From positions 189,348,001 through 189,412,000 of the forward strand of contig NC_083224.1 in assembly GCF_032191835.1 (NCBI RefSeq): DNA of 64,000 bases, given 5' to 3'. Under the pieces are notes generated by a model. It saw only the letters and a program-made list of their open reading frames with translations, did not search any database and was not told where the DNA came from. Below are positions 36,412 to 48,340 of the stretch, in pieces. The position numbers were made by a program, and so were the translations under genes. Positions within the stretch are counted from its first letter, which is position 1; each line of letters begins with the position of its first letter. Source of the DNA: Heteronotia binoei (taxonomy: Eukaryota).

Positions 36412-38349
36412 CTACTGGAACAGGGAGGAGGAAAAGTTACATTATTGGAAGCAAACACAAAGCTGCCTTTGCTCCATTAAAGTCAGTGATGTTTACTCAG
36501 ACCGGCAGCAGCTCTCCAAGGTCTCAAAGCAGAGGTCTTTCCCCACCCCCTACTGCCAGATCTTTTAACCAGGAGATACCAGGAATTGAACCTGGGACCT
36601 TCTGCATGCCAACCGGAGGATCTACACTGAGCCACAGCCCCTGCTGTACTTGAAAACAAGGAATACAAGTAGTCCAATTTCCAGCGCATGATAATCAGCA
36701 CCAGACTACAGTACTACATGCCCTGGCTTGGGAGTAAACCTCATTGAGATAGCTTAGCACTTGCTGCACAGCAAGTTATGCCACAAAGCTGCAAGCCAAT
36801 AGCCCTTACTTGAAAGCAAGCCCAATACACCCAGCATCTTCACACAGAGTGAACATTCATAAGGTCAAGCTGCCCATCTGCTCAGCAAGGAAGATGGATA
36901 AAGTGGATTTAAAGGATCAGATTACACTCTACACTCAGTCATGATGCTTCTTGGAGAAGTAATTCTCTTTCAGCCTAGCCTACCTCACATGGTTGTTTTG
37001 GGGAAGGAAGTATGATAGAGGGTCAACCATGCTCCTTAGAGCGGACACCAGTAGACAAAACTGAACTCGGTGGTTCTTGTTTCAGAACACATATACAGAG
37101 AGCGCCGGTGTGGTGTAGTGGTTATGAGTGTCAGCAGGCCTCATTTTGGGCACGAGCTCACAGGAGCGGAGCTCCGGAACCTCTTTTCGTGCTCTTTCTT
37201 TCTCTCTCCCCCACCCTGTCCCCCATACTTGCTTCTGGGCTCTGTTGTTCAAACCCCCTGGGAGAATTTTGCTGAACTCTTAAGAATTGACAAACTTTCT
37301 AATATTTCCCCCCACAAACAAATGGGAAAACAACCAAAACATAGAAAGCAGACAGATGGAAATCTTCCGCATGCCACTGAGGCCATACAGGAGAAAGTCA
37401 TTTTAAAAGTAAAATGGAATGTTTTATGATGACGATTGTAATTCAATAAGCATTTTAGGGTGGATGCTGAGCTGATATAATTTAGTACAACTTCCGGTAA
37501 TGTCAAATAAGTTGTGCTAATGAGCTCCATCACCTCTAACTACAAAATGACCCCTGAGAGTCAGAATGTGATTGGAGGTCTTGAATCCCCACTCCTACTA
37601 CGGAAGCTGGCTGGGGGATCTTGAGCCAGGTGCACACTCTCAGCCTAACCTACCTCACAAGACTGTTGTGAGGATCAACTAGACAAGGGAAGAATTACGT
37701 AAGCCTCCCAATGCGGAGAAAGATATTTAAAAAGCAAAACATACAGAGAGGATCACAGCACTCTGCATGTGAAGGGGGACCCCTGAATAATTAATGAATA
37801 CCCCTATAATAATGAATGTAAGCATGCTTCTGCCTTCAAAAAGAGGGTGTCTGATGCAATGTTCGTTAGACAGCCGTCAGTGGGTGTGGATACACAGATG
37901 TGTATTGGATAACACAAAGAGGCCTTACTGAGAAGCTTCTTGCTCGAGCTGATAACGCATGGAGACAGGAGGGATGGAAAAATACTAGAAGGAGAGCAAG
38001 GGGAGTGGGGAATGTTGCATCAGATAACTTGTAAGGCCTGCCTGTTAAGCTTGCTTTCTGCTTAAAAAGATGGTCTGAAGATCGGGGCGGGGGGGGGGAG
38101 TGTTTCAGTATTTTTGGAGCTATGATACTCAACTTTACCCTGCTTATACTACCAGAAGTAAAATACCTCATTTCATACCAGTAATGCGTGTGGCTCTGTT
38201 ATTTTCCTGCTACACATGCCTACCCAGAGATTAGGCCAGATGCGACTCAGTGTGTGCCTTACTTAGGAGTAAAGAACTACAGACATGTACAAAAAAGCAA
38301 TACATTTCCAGAAACTGAGGTTTTTCTTCCAACTCTTTCCAACCCCTCC

Positions 38350-39790
38350 TACTCGCGATCGCCTGAAGGACTACGTTTCCCAGAAGGCGGCGCGCCTCAA
38401 ACGCGTTCATGCCGCTGCCTCGGTGCCTTCTGGGGACTGTAGTCCAGCTCCTCAAGGGCCTCTTTCCCTGTTTTCCTTTCCCTGCCCCAACACACCTGTG
38501 GGAATGGTGGGCTAGGCGCAGGTGCCAGAGGGCCTGGTCCAGGCGCCAGTGAAGCTGCCTCGGCGGGTCTGCGCCGCCCGCCCTCCCTTCGGCGCTGCTC
38601 TGCATCAGCCTCTCGAAATAGCCGGCCAGGAACTCGACGGGCTCCTCCGGCCGCGCCTCCAGCAGCCTCAGCAAGGCTCCGCGCACCATGTCGCTTACGC
38701 CGGCCTGCAGCAGGAAGGCGGCCTCGGCCTCAGCGACCCCGTTGCTCGATGCGGCCGGCTGGCCGGGCTCGCTCGCGGGCGACGGGCGTCGCTTCTCGCT
38801 GTCCGCCATCTCGGCTGAAGGCGAAGCCGCCATCTTGGATGAGGAGGGCCCTCCCCCTCTGCCGCCATTTTGCTTACTGACAGCCAATCACGGCGGCGGC
38901 GGCCATTTCGTTGCCTTGCTTTGGGTTAACGGAATTTGCCTGGCGTCAATACAGGAAGTGCTTCCGGCGCAACAAGGAAGCGGTTTTCCAGTCCCCGCGG
39001 GCATTCCCGGAAAGGGTGGGGCCATAGAGATGATGAGGGCTGCAGAAGCACAGATCATAGAGAAGGCTCTCCGGAAGCTTTTAGGGTCAAGGGCGCTGCT
39101 TGAGATGCGAAACCTGCGAACGACTCTTGTCCTAGACCGTCCGTGGGCGCTGGTGTGCGCGCGCGAAACCGCTCTATGTGTTTCAAGAACGCCGCGTCCC
39201 CCTAAACTTCCGGTGGGAAGCGCGATCCCTCCGGAAAACAGCAAACAGTTCCGCCCGTAAGTTCCACCGGGCTTTCTCCCCTCGCGCTACCCCATTTGGC
39301 CGGGCCGAAGGGAAGGGGCGTGGCCGGGGCCTCAGCCACACGACGCGAGTGAGTCCTTCCCTTGGCGGCTGATAGAATTCAATCGGGCGGGAGCCGCCGA
39401 TACCGCCTATCGAGGCTCTACTTCGGACGGTGAAAGCGGAAAAGGCGCCCGCAAGCAACACCGGAAGTGCCCGCAGACCACCGAGATGGTGCGCCCAGAG
39501 CGACGCGCGTGGTCAAGCTGGGGGGGCGCTCCGTGCCTCAGCGTCTCTATGGCACTGCGGGTCCTCCGGAGTTGGCTTCCGCGAAGCGAAGGACGAGGCG
39601 CCCAGTTGCCGGCCAGAGCGCGGGACCCAGTCGGCTGCCAGGCTCTCCACGGCGAGGGGGTCCTTGAACGGCGTGCTTGCTTTGCTTGGCCTTTGACCTG
39701 ACCTTCTACTTCCGGTACCATTTTGGGTTTCCTTCTCGGGACCCTTCAGTAAACTGGACTTGGGGGAGGGGGAGCTGGCGGTGAGAAGAC
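38350..39790. promoter_or_regulatory. CpG island; probable bidirectional promoter of TPGS1 (-) and the ZNF gene (+)
   Basis: High CpG density; repeated ETS-type CCGGAA/TTCCGG motifs (e.g. ~38961, ~39072, ~39148, 39462, ~39710); YY1 motifs at 38826-38837 and 38861-38872; CCAAT at 38884-38888; plus-strand donors at 39257 (GTAAGT) and 39781 (GTGAGA). Confidence 0.75.
38496..38809 (-). CDS. TPGS1: Tubulin polyglutamylase complex subunit 1, coding exon 1
   Basis: MADSEKRR...FLLQAGVSDMVRGALLRLLEARPEEPVEFLAGYF...LDQALWHLRLAHHSH(R), matching the TPGS1 RIIa-like region; donor GTGTGT at 38495. An in-frame upstream ATG at 38833 would add 8 aa. Confidence 0.93.
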
Positions 39791-41244
39791 GGTGGGAAAT
39801 CCTGGGGCTAGAATAGGATGCAGGGCGCCAGGCCTTCGCTGTTGGGTTGCATGTTGTAAGCTGAAGGAACCTGAAAGAGGAGGTTTGTGGCTGCACTTAG
39901 AATCATAGAGTTGGAAGGGGCCTCCAGAGCCATCCAGTTCAACCTCCTGCACAATGCAGGAAGCTCACAAATACCTCCCCCTAAATTCACCCATGGCGCA
40001 GAGTGTTAAAGCTGCAGTACTGCAGTCCTAAGTTCTGCTCACGACCTGAGTTCAATCCCGGCGGAAGCTGGGTTCAGGTAGCTGGCTCGGTCTTCCATCC
40101 TTCCGAGGTCGGTAAAATGAGGACCCAGCTTGCTGAGGGAAAAATGTAGATGACTGGGGAAGGCAATGGCAAACCACCCCGTAAAAAGTCTGCCATGAAA
40201 ACGTTGTGAAAGCAACGTCACCCCAGAGTCGGAAACGACGTGTTTGCACAGGGGACTACCTTTACCTTTTTAAATTCGCAGGATCTTCATTGCTGTTGTT
40301 AACCGTTTTTTGGGGCAATGCCCCTTGTCCCAGATACCAATTACCAGGCAGGAGACTTGTTGTTCAGAGAAAACCACTTTATTTTCACTTCTGCAGAAGA
40401 GGAGAGAGAGAGCAGGTAACAAGGCTGTCTCTCTGTCTGTTTTGGCCAAGCCGTCGCCTTTTATAGGGTTCCCGACGTCATCCCTATCTTGCTCTGAGGC
40501 TAACTGCCATTGGACGCAGAGCTCACAATCTATTTCCACGACCGGTGGCTAAGGCTATGACCATATAAGGTAAAAGGTACAAACATCCGCCCAGCAACAC
40601 TTTCTCTTGTCAGAACTTGTAACTTTATCTATATGCTTAGCTAGAATGGTACTCAGTTAGCACAACCGACTCCATATTGTGAACTTTACTAACCCTGTGA
40701 TTCTGCATTTCAAACAAACACTAACCACTGAAGGGTGACGGATAACCACTCACAAACATCTGCAGGTGCCCTTTGAAGTTCCCAGTTCTGACACCTCTTA
40801 TCTATGCAGTAACAGTGCGCATGACTCAACTGAGTATACAGCTCTAAAACTAATTTTGCCCTATTGGCTAATTATTTGTACCATATCTTACCCTACTCTT
40901 CTTAGCTAAATATCATAGATTTATAACAGTTTGGCTTGCTTAGTTCATGAAAAACATTTCCCCAGAAAAAGGTTACTTATGCTGGCTAGAGAGATAATAT
41001 ATGAAGAGCAGGAAACAGAAAGGGAGGGTTCTAACTCTAAGCTTAAAATAAAGGGTTGCTGAGAAACTGCAGAAGGAAATGGCCTAACCACCAAGCCACA
41101 TCGAGGGAGGCAGGAAGCCAGTAGCAGAGAAAAACACACAGAGCTTCAACTGCCAAAAACTGGGGAAGGGTGGGGGCTTCTTTAGGCTTTATATCTCCTT
41201 CTTCATTGAATTAATGAATCTTATATTTATTCTATCACTGTCAG

Positions 41245-41795
41245 ATAGCAATCTAGCCTATGTTTAAAAACCTCCAAGGAAGGAGAGCCCACCACCTCCT
41301 GAGGAAGCCTGTTCCACTGAGGAATCGCTCTAACGGTCAGGAAGTTCTTCCTAATGTTGATCCGGAAACTTTTTTGATTTAATTTCAACCCATTGGTTCT
41401 GGTTCTACCTTTTGGGGCCACAGAAAACAATTCCTCACCATCCTCTATATGACAACCCTTCAAGTACTTGAAGATGGTGATCATATCACCTCTCAGCTGC
41501 TTCCTCTCCAGGCTAAACATGCCCAGCTCTTTCAGCCTTTCTTCATAGGACTTAGTCTCCAGACCCTTCACTATCTTCGTCGCCTTCCTCTGGACCTGTT
41601 CCAGCTTGTCTATATCCTTAAAATGTGGTGCCCAAAACTGAACACAGTACTCCAGATGAAGTCTTACCAGAGTAGAGTAAAGCAATAAGAAAGCAATATA
41701 AATCGAATAAAAATAAATAAACAATACCATCACTTCATGTGATCTGGACACTATACTTTTGTTGATACAGCCCAAAATTACATTTGCCTTTTTAG
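41245..41795 (-). mobile_element. CR1 LINE (family B) RT fragment
   Basis: LYSTLVRLHLEYCVQFWAPHFKDIDKLEQVQRKATK...AIPQWNRLPQEVV. Confidence 0.9.
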
Positions 41796-41801
41796 CAAAT
41801 G

Positions 41802-43060
41802 CAGGGGTGTCAAACATATGGCCTGCGGGCCGGATCAGGCCTGCAGAAGGCTCCAATCATGCCCTCCAGCAAGTGTCTATCATCTGCTTCATTTTCCCTT
41901 GCCTGCTTTTGTTGGTCACCATTTTGTGTTTCTCCCTGGGTAAGCCAGAGCGGCAAAGCAGCCTTTCTCTCCCCTCCCTTTTCCCGAAGGCCAGGCTCAA
42001 TTAATCACCCTGCAGAGCTACTGAGACAAGCCTCTCTTCCTTCTAATGAATGGCTGAGGCTCCTCCCCCTCCTTGTTGTGCCCCCCCCCCCCCCCCGGGG
42101 AAGGAAAGAAAGAGCCAGAGCTTCCTTTGTGCAGTCCCCACCATCAGGAGAGCTACAAAGAGTGCTTTTAAGACTAGCAACGTTTTAGTGAAGGTATGAG
42201 CTTTGTGCCTTGCTACAGAGAGAGATTTGTTGGGCTTCTTATGGGTGTAACTGGATTCCCCTCCTCTTTTTCACTGTAATGCCCTCCAGTCTTGCTCAAT
42301 AGGAAAGCATGTGAACTATTTAGAAGAGAAATATCAGCATTAGGCTGAGTGTGTGTTCCACCCTAGGTTTACCCAACAACTTTTCCTTAATTTTCCTTTA
42401 ACATTTTCCTTTGATTGGGGGTCTGGAATTTAGACTTCCCAGATAATAGGCTGACACTGACATGGCTGTCCCTCTGTTCTTGTAGTTGTTTATTTTTTTT
42501 GGGGGGGAGTTGTATTTTTTTTTAGTTGTAGTCATTTTCCTGGGGAAAATGATACTTTTTAAGATAAGCACATATCCCTCAGTCTGTGCCATGGTGCCTT
42601 TACATGCTCTTGACTAGTACATGCAGCAACTTCTGTACAAAAGCTCACAAGGCCCAGCTGCTTCATGTTCCTCTGGGTCCTAGGCTCAAAGCATTGACCA
42701 TGAGAAGTTTTGTAATGAATGTCAAAGAATCAAAAGTAAGTTTGCAACTTACAGATGTGCACACCTGAACAGCACATATTCCAGACTGGTACCGCACAGA
42801 CATTGTCTGCAGTTTTTGATGCAATAATTCATAGCAAGAGGTGACATTTATCAGAGACTGTAAAACAAAATATTGCAAGCGGGCTGATATTTTAAGCATG
42901 TTTTATTTTAAGTTAAAAAATCTTTCATTGTGTGTCTGTGCCCTTTATAAAGTTTATATGTCCGCTATCTGGTATTGCATTTTATGATACTCATGGCCGG
43001 GCCCGACAAGCTCTCATTTATGTCATATCCGGTCCTCATAACAAATGAGTTTGACACCCC
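41802..43060 (+). mobile_element. About 1.26-kb non-autonomous hAT element
   Basis: CAGGGGTGTCAAACAT at the left end and GAGTTTGACACCCC at the right end. Confidence 0.7.
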
Positions 43061-44744
43061 GACACCTGTTAAAGAGTTAATTCATATCCCAGAATCTAAG
43101 GTTGAGCGGTAAGCTATTGTTTGAGGCCCCAAACAGAAGATGCTTTAAATCAGCAAAGGCTGTTTCCTCTCTTAGGCTTTTCAGCAGAAGAAACTGTCTC
43201 TGCAGAGCAGTCCAAGATTCCAAGTCCCAATTAGTGTGACATAATCTGACACAGATGGAATCTTAACTACCCTCCGGTCCAGATCAGCAGCGTGAGCCAA
43301 AAGAAATCCACAGCTTATATAGGCTCTAATGACCTCATACACACAGCTACTTATGTCATTCAGCAGTACCGGTAAATGATTTTGCAGCCAAATAAACAAT
43401 GAGCAATAATGGCTGCAACCATTTCCCTAATCCTAGTTGCTGGGTTTATGCCAATGGCTGCCCCCTTCATCTCGGTTCTTGCCACAGTTCTATGGTTCTG
43501 AGAGACTGAGACCTCTGGTGGCCAAATGCTATAACTGCATGAATAATGATAAAAGCCAGCTCAAAGAGCAATATAGAAACTTAAGGTGTTAGTAGATGTT
43601 TGAGAAACTTAGTGCCCATTTCATAAGAGACCCAACCCAAAATTCTGCGATACGCGCTTCTGTGTTTAACAACCACCCCAACTGGGAATACAAAACATCA
43701 CATAAGTGAGAAAGAGTCACTCCCTTTAAAGGTAAAGGCAAGCACCAAGTCATTACCAACCCATGGGGTGATGTCACGTTGTGACATTTTCTTGGCAGAC
43801 TTGTTACACTGTGGTTTGCCACAGTACTAAATAAAATTCTCCACCAATCCCAGCGTTTCTCCCACCCTATGACCCATCTAAAGAGCCCCATGGTGCAGAG
43901 TGGTAAAGCTGCAGTACTGCAGTCCTAAGCTCAGCTCAAGACCTGAGTTCGATCCCGGCGGAAGCTGGGTTCAGGTAGCCGGCTCGAGGTTGGCTCAGCC
44001 TTCCATCCTTCGGAGGTCAGTAAAATGAGTACCCAGCTTGCTGGGGGGAAAGTGTAGATGACTGGGGAAGGCAATGGCAAACCACCCCGTAAAAAGTCTA
44101 CCGTGAAAACGTTGTGAAAGCAACGTCACCCCAGAGTCGGAAACGACTGGTGCTTGCACCTTTACCATTTTTATGACCCATCCTCCCTCCCCCAAACCCT
44201 TAACAATAAATTCCAACCTCCCAACAGCAGGGGGGCAAAAATAAGAAAGCCAAACTAAGACACCTTCCATCCGCAAGAACTCCCATCATTTTTTTAGAAA
44301 AGAAAAAAAATATTTGCTAGAATGTAGTGGAAGTGAACTGACACATAAGTTAACTGGCGGTGTTGGAAAATGCCATCAAGTTGTCACCAAATTATGGGAG
44401 GGTTTTCAAGGCAAGAGAAGCTCCTCATAATAATAATAACTTTTTATTTATATCCAGCCCTCCCCGCCAAGGCAGGCTCAGAGGCGGTTGGCCGTTATCT
44501 GCCTCCTCAGTGGTCTCCAATCCAAGTATGAACCAGGGCCAGCCATTCTTGGCTTTCAAGATCTGTTGAGATTGGACTAGACTGGGCCATCCAGGGCAGG
44601 ATGGAAGCCATTCAGGGAGGGGGGGATTAAGCTTCCCAGAAGTGATTGCGCCTGCTCACTTGGGGACAGTTCAGACTCCTTGTGTGTGACTGTGGTTGGC
44701 ACGGACTATTCATGCAGTTTGAAATCTCATATTCCAGGTGCCCC

Positions 44745-45422
44745 ATGGATGTTGGACAGATCCCTGCCAAGGCCCGGAAGAAGAAGAAGATTACCCGGAA
44801 GCAGCCCCAGGTTTCCTCCAGGGACCCAGAAGTACACCATTGCGATGTATGCGGGAAGGACATCAGGTACCTGGCAAACTTCCGGGAGCACCAGCGCATC
44901 CATACAGGGGAGCGGCCCTACCAGTGCAAGCGATGCCGCAAGACGTTCACCCGCTGCGCTGACCTCATCAAGCACCGCCTGGTGCACTCCGTCAGCCGGC
45001 CGTACCGCTGCAAAGTCTGCGGGAAGCGCTTCAAGTTGCGGGCTGACCTGGACAAGCACGGCAAGGTGCATTCCGACGACGCGCCCTTCCCCTGCCACCT
45101 GTGCCCCAGGCGCTTCAAGCGGACTTCTTGCCTCGTGAAGCACCTGCGCATCCACACGCAGGAGAAGCCCTTTGCGTGCGCGCACTGCGACCGGCGCTTC
45201 AAGTGGGAGGCCTCGGTCAAGGAGCACGAGCGGGTCCACACGGGGGAGCGGCCCCACCGGTGCAGCCAGTGCTCCAAAACGTTCACCCACCGTTCCACCT
45301 TCCTGCAGCATCAGCGCACCCATCAGAAGTACCCGGCCTTCAGCTGCAAGCATTGCTCGAAGGCCTTCAACCACAAGTCAAACCTCCTGAAGCACATTCG
45401 GGCTCTGCATTCGGGCTCCTGA
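44745..45422 (+). CDS. C2H2 zinc-finger protein, 7 fingers, no KRAB/BTB domain in this exon (225 aa from the first ATG in the exon)
   Basis: Acceptor TTCCAG ends at 44737; ATG at 44745; basic NLS-like KARKKKKITRK; seven C-x2-C...H-x3/4-H fingers with TGERPY/TQEKPF/TGERPH linkers; CpG-rich, uninterrupted ORF ending in TGA. An upstream coding exon is possible. Confidence 0.9.
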   Translation: MDVGQIPAKARKKKKITRKQPQVSSRDPEVHHCDVCGKDIRYLANFREHQRIHTGERPYQCKRCRKTFTRCADLIKHRLVHSVSRPYRCKVCGKRFKLRADLDKHGKVHSDDAPFPCHLCPRRFKRTSCLVKHLRIHTQEKPFACAHCDRRFKWEASVKEHERVHTGERPHRCSQCSKTFTHRSTFLQHQRTHQKYPAFSCKHCSKAFNHKSNLLKHIRALHSGS

Positions 45423-46382
45423 AGCACATTCGGGCTCTAGGGCGGAAGAGGCAGACTGAACCGCTTGGCTCCAGGGGAGATAAGAGGCCTACACTTCAGG
45501 AGACAAAATCATGGGCGAGGGGGGAAGGGCTGGTTGCAGCTGCTCACTGACCAAAGTGCCGTGGAGAAATAGAGGTGGTAGGATGAAAAAAAATATATGA
45601 AGGCTGAACATATGAACATATGAAGCTGCCTTCTACTTTGGTCCATCAAAGTCAGTATTGTCTTCTCAGACTGGCAGCGGCTCTCCGGGGTCTCAAGCGG
45701 AGGTTTTTCACACCTATTTGCCTGGACCCTTTTTTGGAGATGCTGGGGATTGAACCTGGGAACTTCTGCTTCCTTGAGCTGGCTACCTGAACCCAGCTTC
45801 TGCCTACCCCCTACAAATTTGGATACTAAAACAGACTTTTAGTTGGTGGTAGAATCCCTATTTGTGTGATTTTGGGGGTGGGTGGGTGCTCTTAACTCCT
45901 ACTAACCCATGTGCCCGCATTCTTACATCACAGGGTAACTGGATTTAGCATATGGCCAGGATTCTACAGGTAATAGAATCTGTTAAAACCTCAAGAGTGT
46001 CACTCTCCGTTTTACGATTTGGGCAAGAACAAGGTGAGGAAATGGTTTCGAGCCGGGCGTGTGGTGCAGAAAGCATAAATCGGTGTCAAACGAAAGAGAT
46101 TTTGGTCTTGCAGCTGGTTGCAAACTGATGGCTGGGCCAAGGGAAAAAAAGAGTGCCCGAAAGCAGCTATTGATGTTGATTCAATTGATGTGCCAGAAAG
46201 CAGCTATTGATGTTGATCCAAGCATTTGGAGCCTGTTGGGGGCACCTTTGGAATCCAGACCTGGCATGGTGGGCACGGTTGCAGTAGGAGGCATAGCCAG
46301 CCACAAAATGGCTGTTGCAACTTCCCTTTGGGGACAATCCTATGGTGTCAAAAGATTTCAGGTTTTCACGGCGGGCAACGTC

Positions 46383-46501
46383 ATTAGGGTTTGTAGAATC
46401 TTTTGGGCTCAAGTGCTGTGTTCTACTGGAGAAAGTCTGGAAGAAAAACTTTCTCCAGTAGAACACGGCACTTGAGCCCGAAAGATTCTACAAACCCTAA
46501 T
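46383..46501. repeat. 54-bp inverted repeat, 11-nt loop (probable Penelope-like inverted ends)
   Basis: Arms 46383-46436 and 46448-46501; 52/54 Watson-Crick pairs plus 2 T-G pairs. Confidence 0.9.
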
Positions 46502-47423
46502 AATCCTACGGTGGCAGCTGCTGCCAAAGCAACATTCTTAAAGGTCTGCATAGCAAATTGAAACTCCCACTGGCCAGTCAGAAGCTTTGCTGGACAGAAG
46601 CCCCACCTAGCCCTGCTCACTTTTTAGAAACATCTGGTGGGCACCAGGAGAGCTGTTGGTAGGTGCCGTGGTGTCCACAAGAACCGTGTTGGAGACCCCT
46701 GTTATAAAATGGTATTTATGCATATTTGAAGTGTGTGCTCTTCAAACGCTTATCAGAGGAGTTGAGACACCTCCTTGGAAGGTACATTGGCTGCTTCTTC
46801 CATCCCCTGTAGCATGCAGCTTTGGGGAGCACTGAATGTGTCATACGATGCACTCTCAAGTTGCTAGTGCAACAATGCGGTGCAGTTTGGTCTCGCCAGC
46901 CAGCCCCCACCCCCCAATAGAGACTCATCTGTAGTGTAATCAGTTGAGCTCCAAAATGGTGCCGAAAGGGACATTGTGAAGGTAGGAAGCTGGCGAACCT
47001 CCCTTAAGGAACTAGCGCAGGTTCAACAAGAGAACAAATGCCCATTTCTGGCATGTCTTATGGGGCAGGAGATGCCTTAGGTCGGGGGTCCTAACTTTGC
47101 TGAGCCTGCGGGCACCTGTCAGGCAATGAGAACATAAGAACATAAGAGAAGCCATGTTGGATCAGGCCAACGGCCCATCCAGTCCCAACACTCTGTGTCA
47201 CACAGTGGCAAAAAAATTTATATATACGCACACACTGTGGCTAATAGCCACTGATGGACCTCTGCTCCATATTTTTATCTAAACCCCTCTTGAAGGTGGC
47301 TATGCTTGTGGCCGCCACCACCTCCTGTGGCAGTGAATTCCACATGTTAATCACCCAATGCTTCACTGAAGTCAACTGTGCTTATGAATAACGTTTCATC
47401 CATGCTTACTAACCCTAACGCTT

Positions 47424-47429
47424 AATAAA
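47424..47429 (+). terminator. Candidate polyadenylation signal of the ZNF gene
   Basis: First plus-strand AATAAA I found after the ZNF stop; a second lies at 47774-47779. Confidence 0.35.
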
Positions 47430-48334
47430 ACGTTAGCTACTAATGATGGGGCCCTGCACGAGAAGGAGGGGTGGGAATAGGGTTGCCAAAACTCCCAAAG
47501 AGCAGCCTGGCCTTTGAAGTGTAAAATACCAGGCTGACCGCTCTGGCGCCTCCCGGGGCGAGAGCAAGGACGCCAGCAGGAGGGAGGACGTAACTACGCC
47601 TGAAGGAAAAGATAACCGGCGTGTGAAAGTAACAAGTGCAGGGACGAATGTAGATTTATTATGAGAAGTAGTTTGGAGCCCTAGCCTTTGATGTATGTTC
47701 ATAAATACCAGTGATTCCAGTTACTCGTTATCAGTTTCAATGAACATGTGCAGAGAGCAACATTGTTGTAATCAATAAATGAAAGTTAGTTTTGAACAAA
47801 AGCCAAGTCTGATCATTTTGGATACTTCGACGAATCCTTTGCTGACAGCACCGTTGAAATTCTGACTCGGCACAGTGGGCACATCTGAACAATGGACGCC
47901 TCGTGAAGTGGAGCCTGCTATACAACGGCTGCCGCAGCTCTCGCCTTCAGTCACGTAGCGGAGATCCATGCATTGTGGTGTGAGGTGCTGCCGAAGCATT
48001 GTTTTTAGAACTGTGCTCAAGCAATCAAATCTCCAGTAGCCAATCAGAAGCCTTGCTGGGCAAAAGCCCCACCTACTTTCTAGGCACTTGGTGGGCACCA
48101 GGAAAGATGTTTGCAGGTGCTATGGCACTCACAGATAGCATGTTGGGAATCCTTACCTTAGGTTGTCACCCCATTGAAATTCCGGTTTGGGGGGTCTCTT
48201 GGGCTCTAGAGGTTGGAAATCAAAAACTTCCCCGTCTTTGTAACTGATTAGGGCCCAAAAAATAACTAATGGGAATGCTGAAGTCACCTCAAATTATCCC
48301 ACCAGGGACCAGAAACCCATGGACTGTGTTAACT

Positions 48335-48340
48335 TTTATT
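48335..48340 (-). terminator. Candidate polyadenylation signal of MADCAM1
   Basis: First minus-strand AATAAA I found after the stop (about 1.5 kb). Confidence 0.35.

Noticed and set aside
38834-38887. N-terminal extension of TPGS1 shown in the ORF track (MAVSKQNGG...)
   Set aside because: Starts at TTG within the CCAAT box; real ATGs are at 38833 and 38809.
42583-42735. Upstream coding exon for the ZNF gene (donor GTAAGT at 42736)
   Set aside because: Lies inside a hAT element and ends in phase 0, whereas the ZNF exon needs phase 2.
44680-45550. Overlapping ORFs 44680-45138, 44727-45374 (-), 45101-45550, etc.
   Set aside because: Alternative or antisense frames of the GC-rich zinc-finger exon, where stops are depleted.
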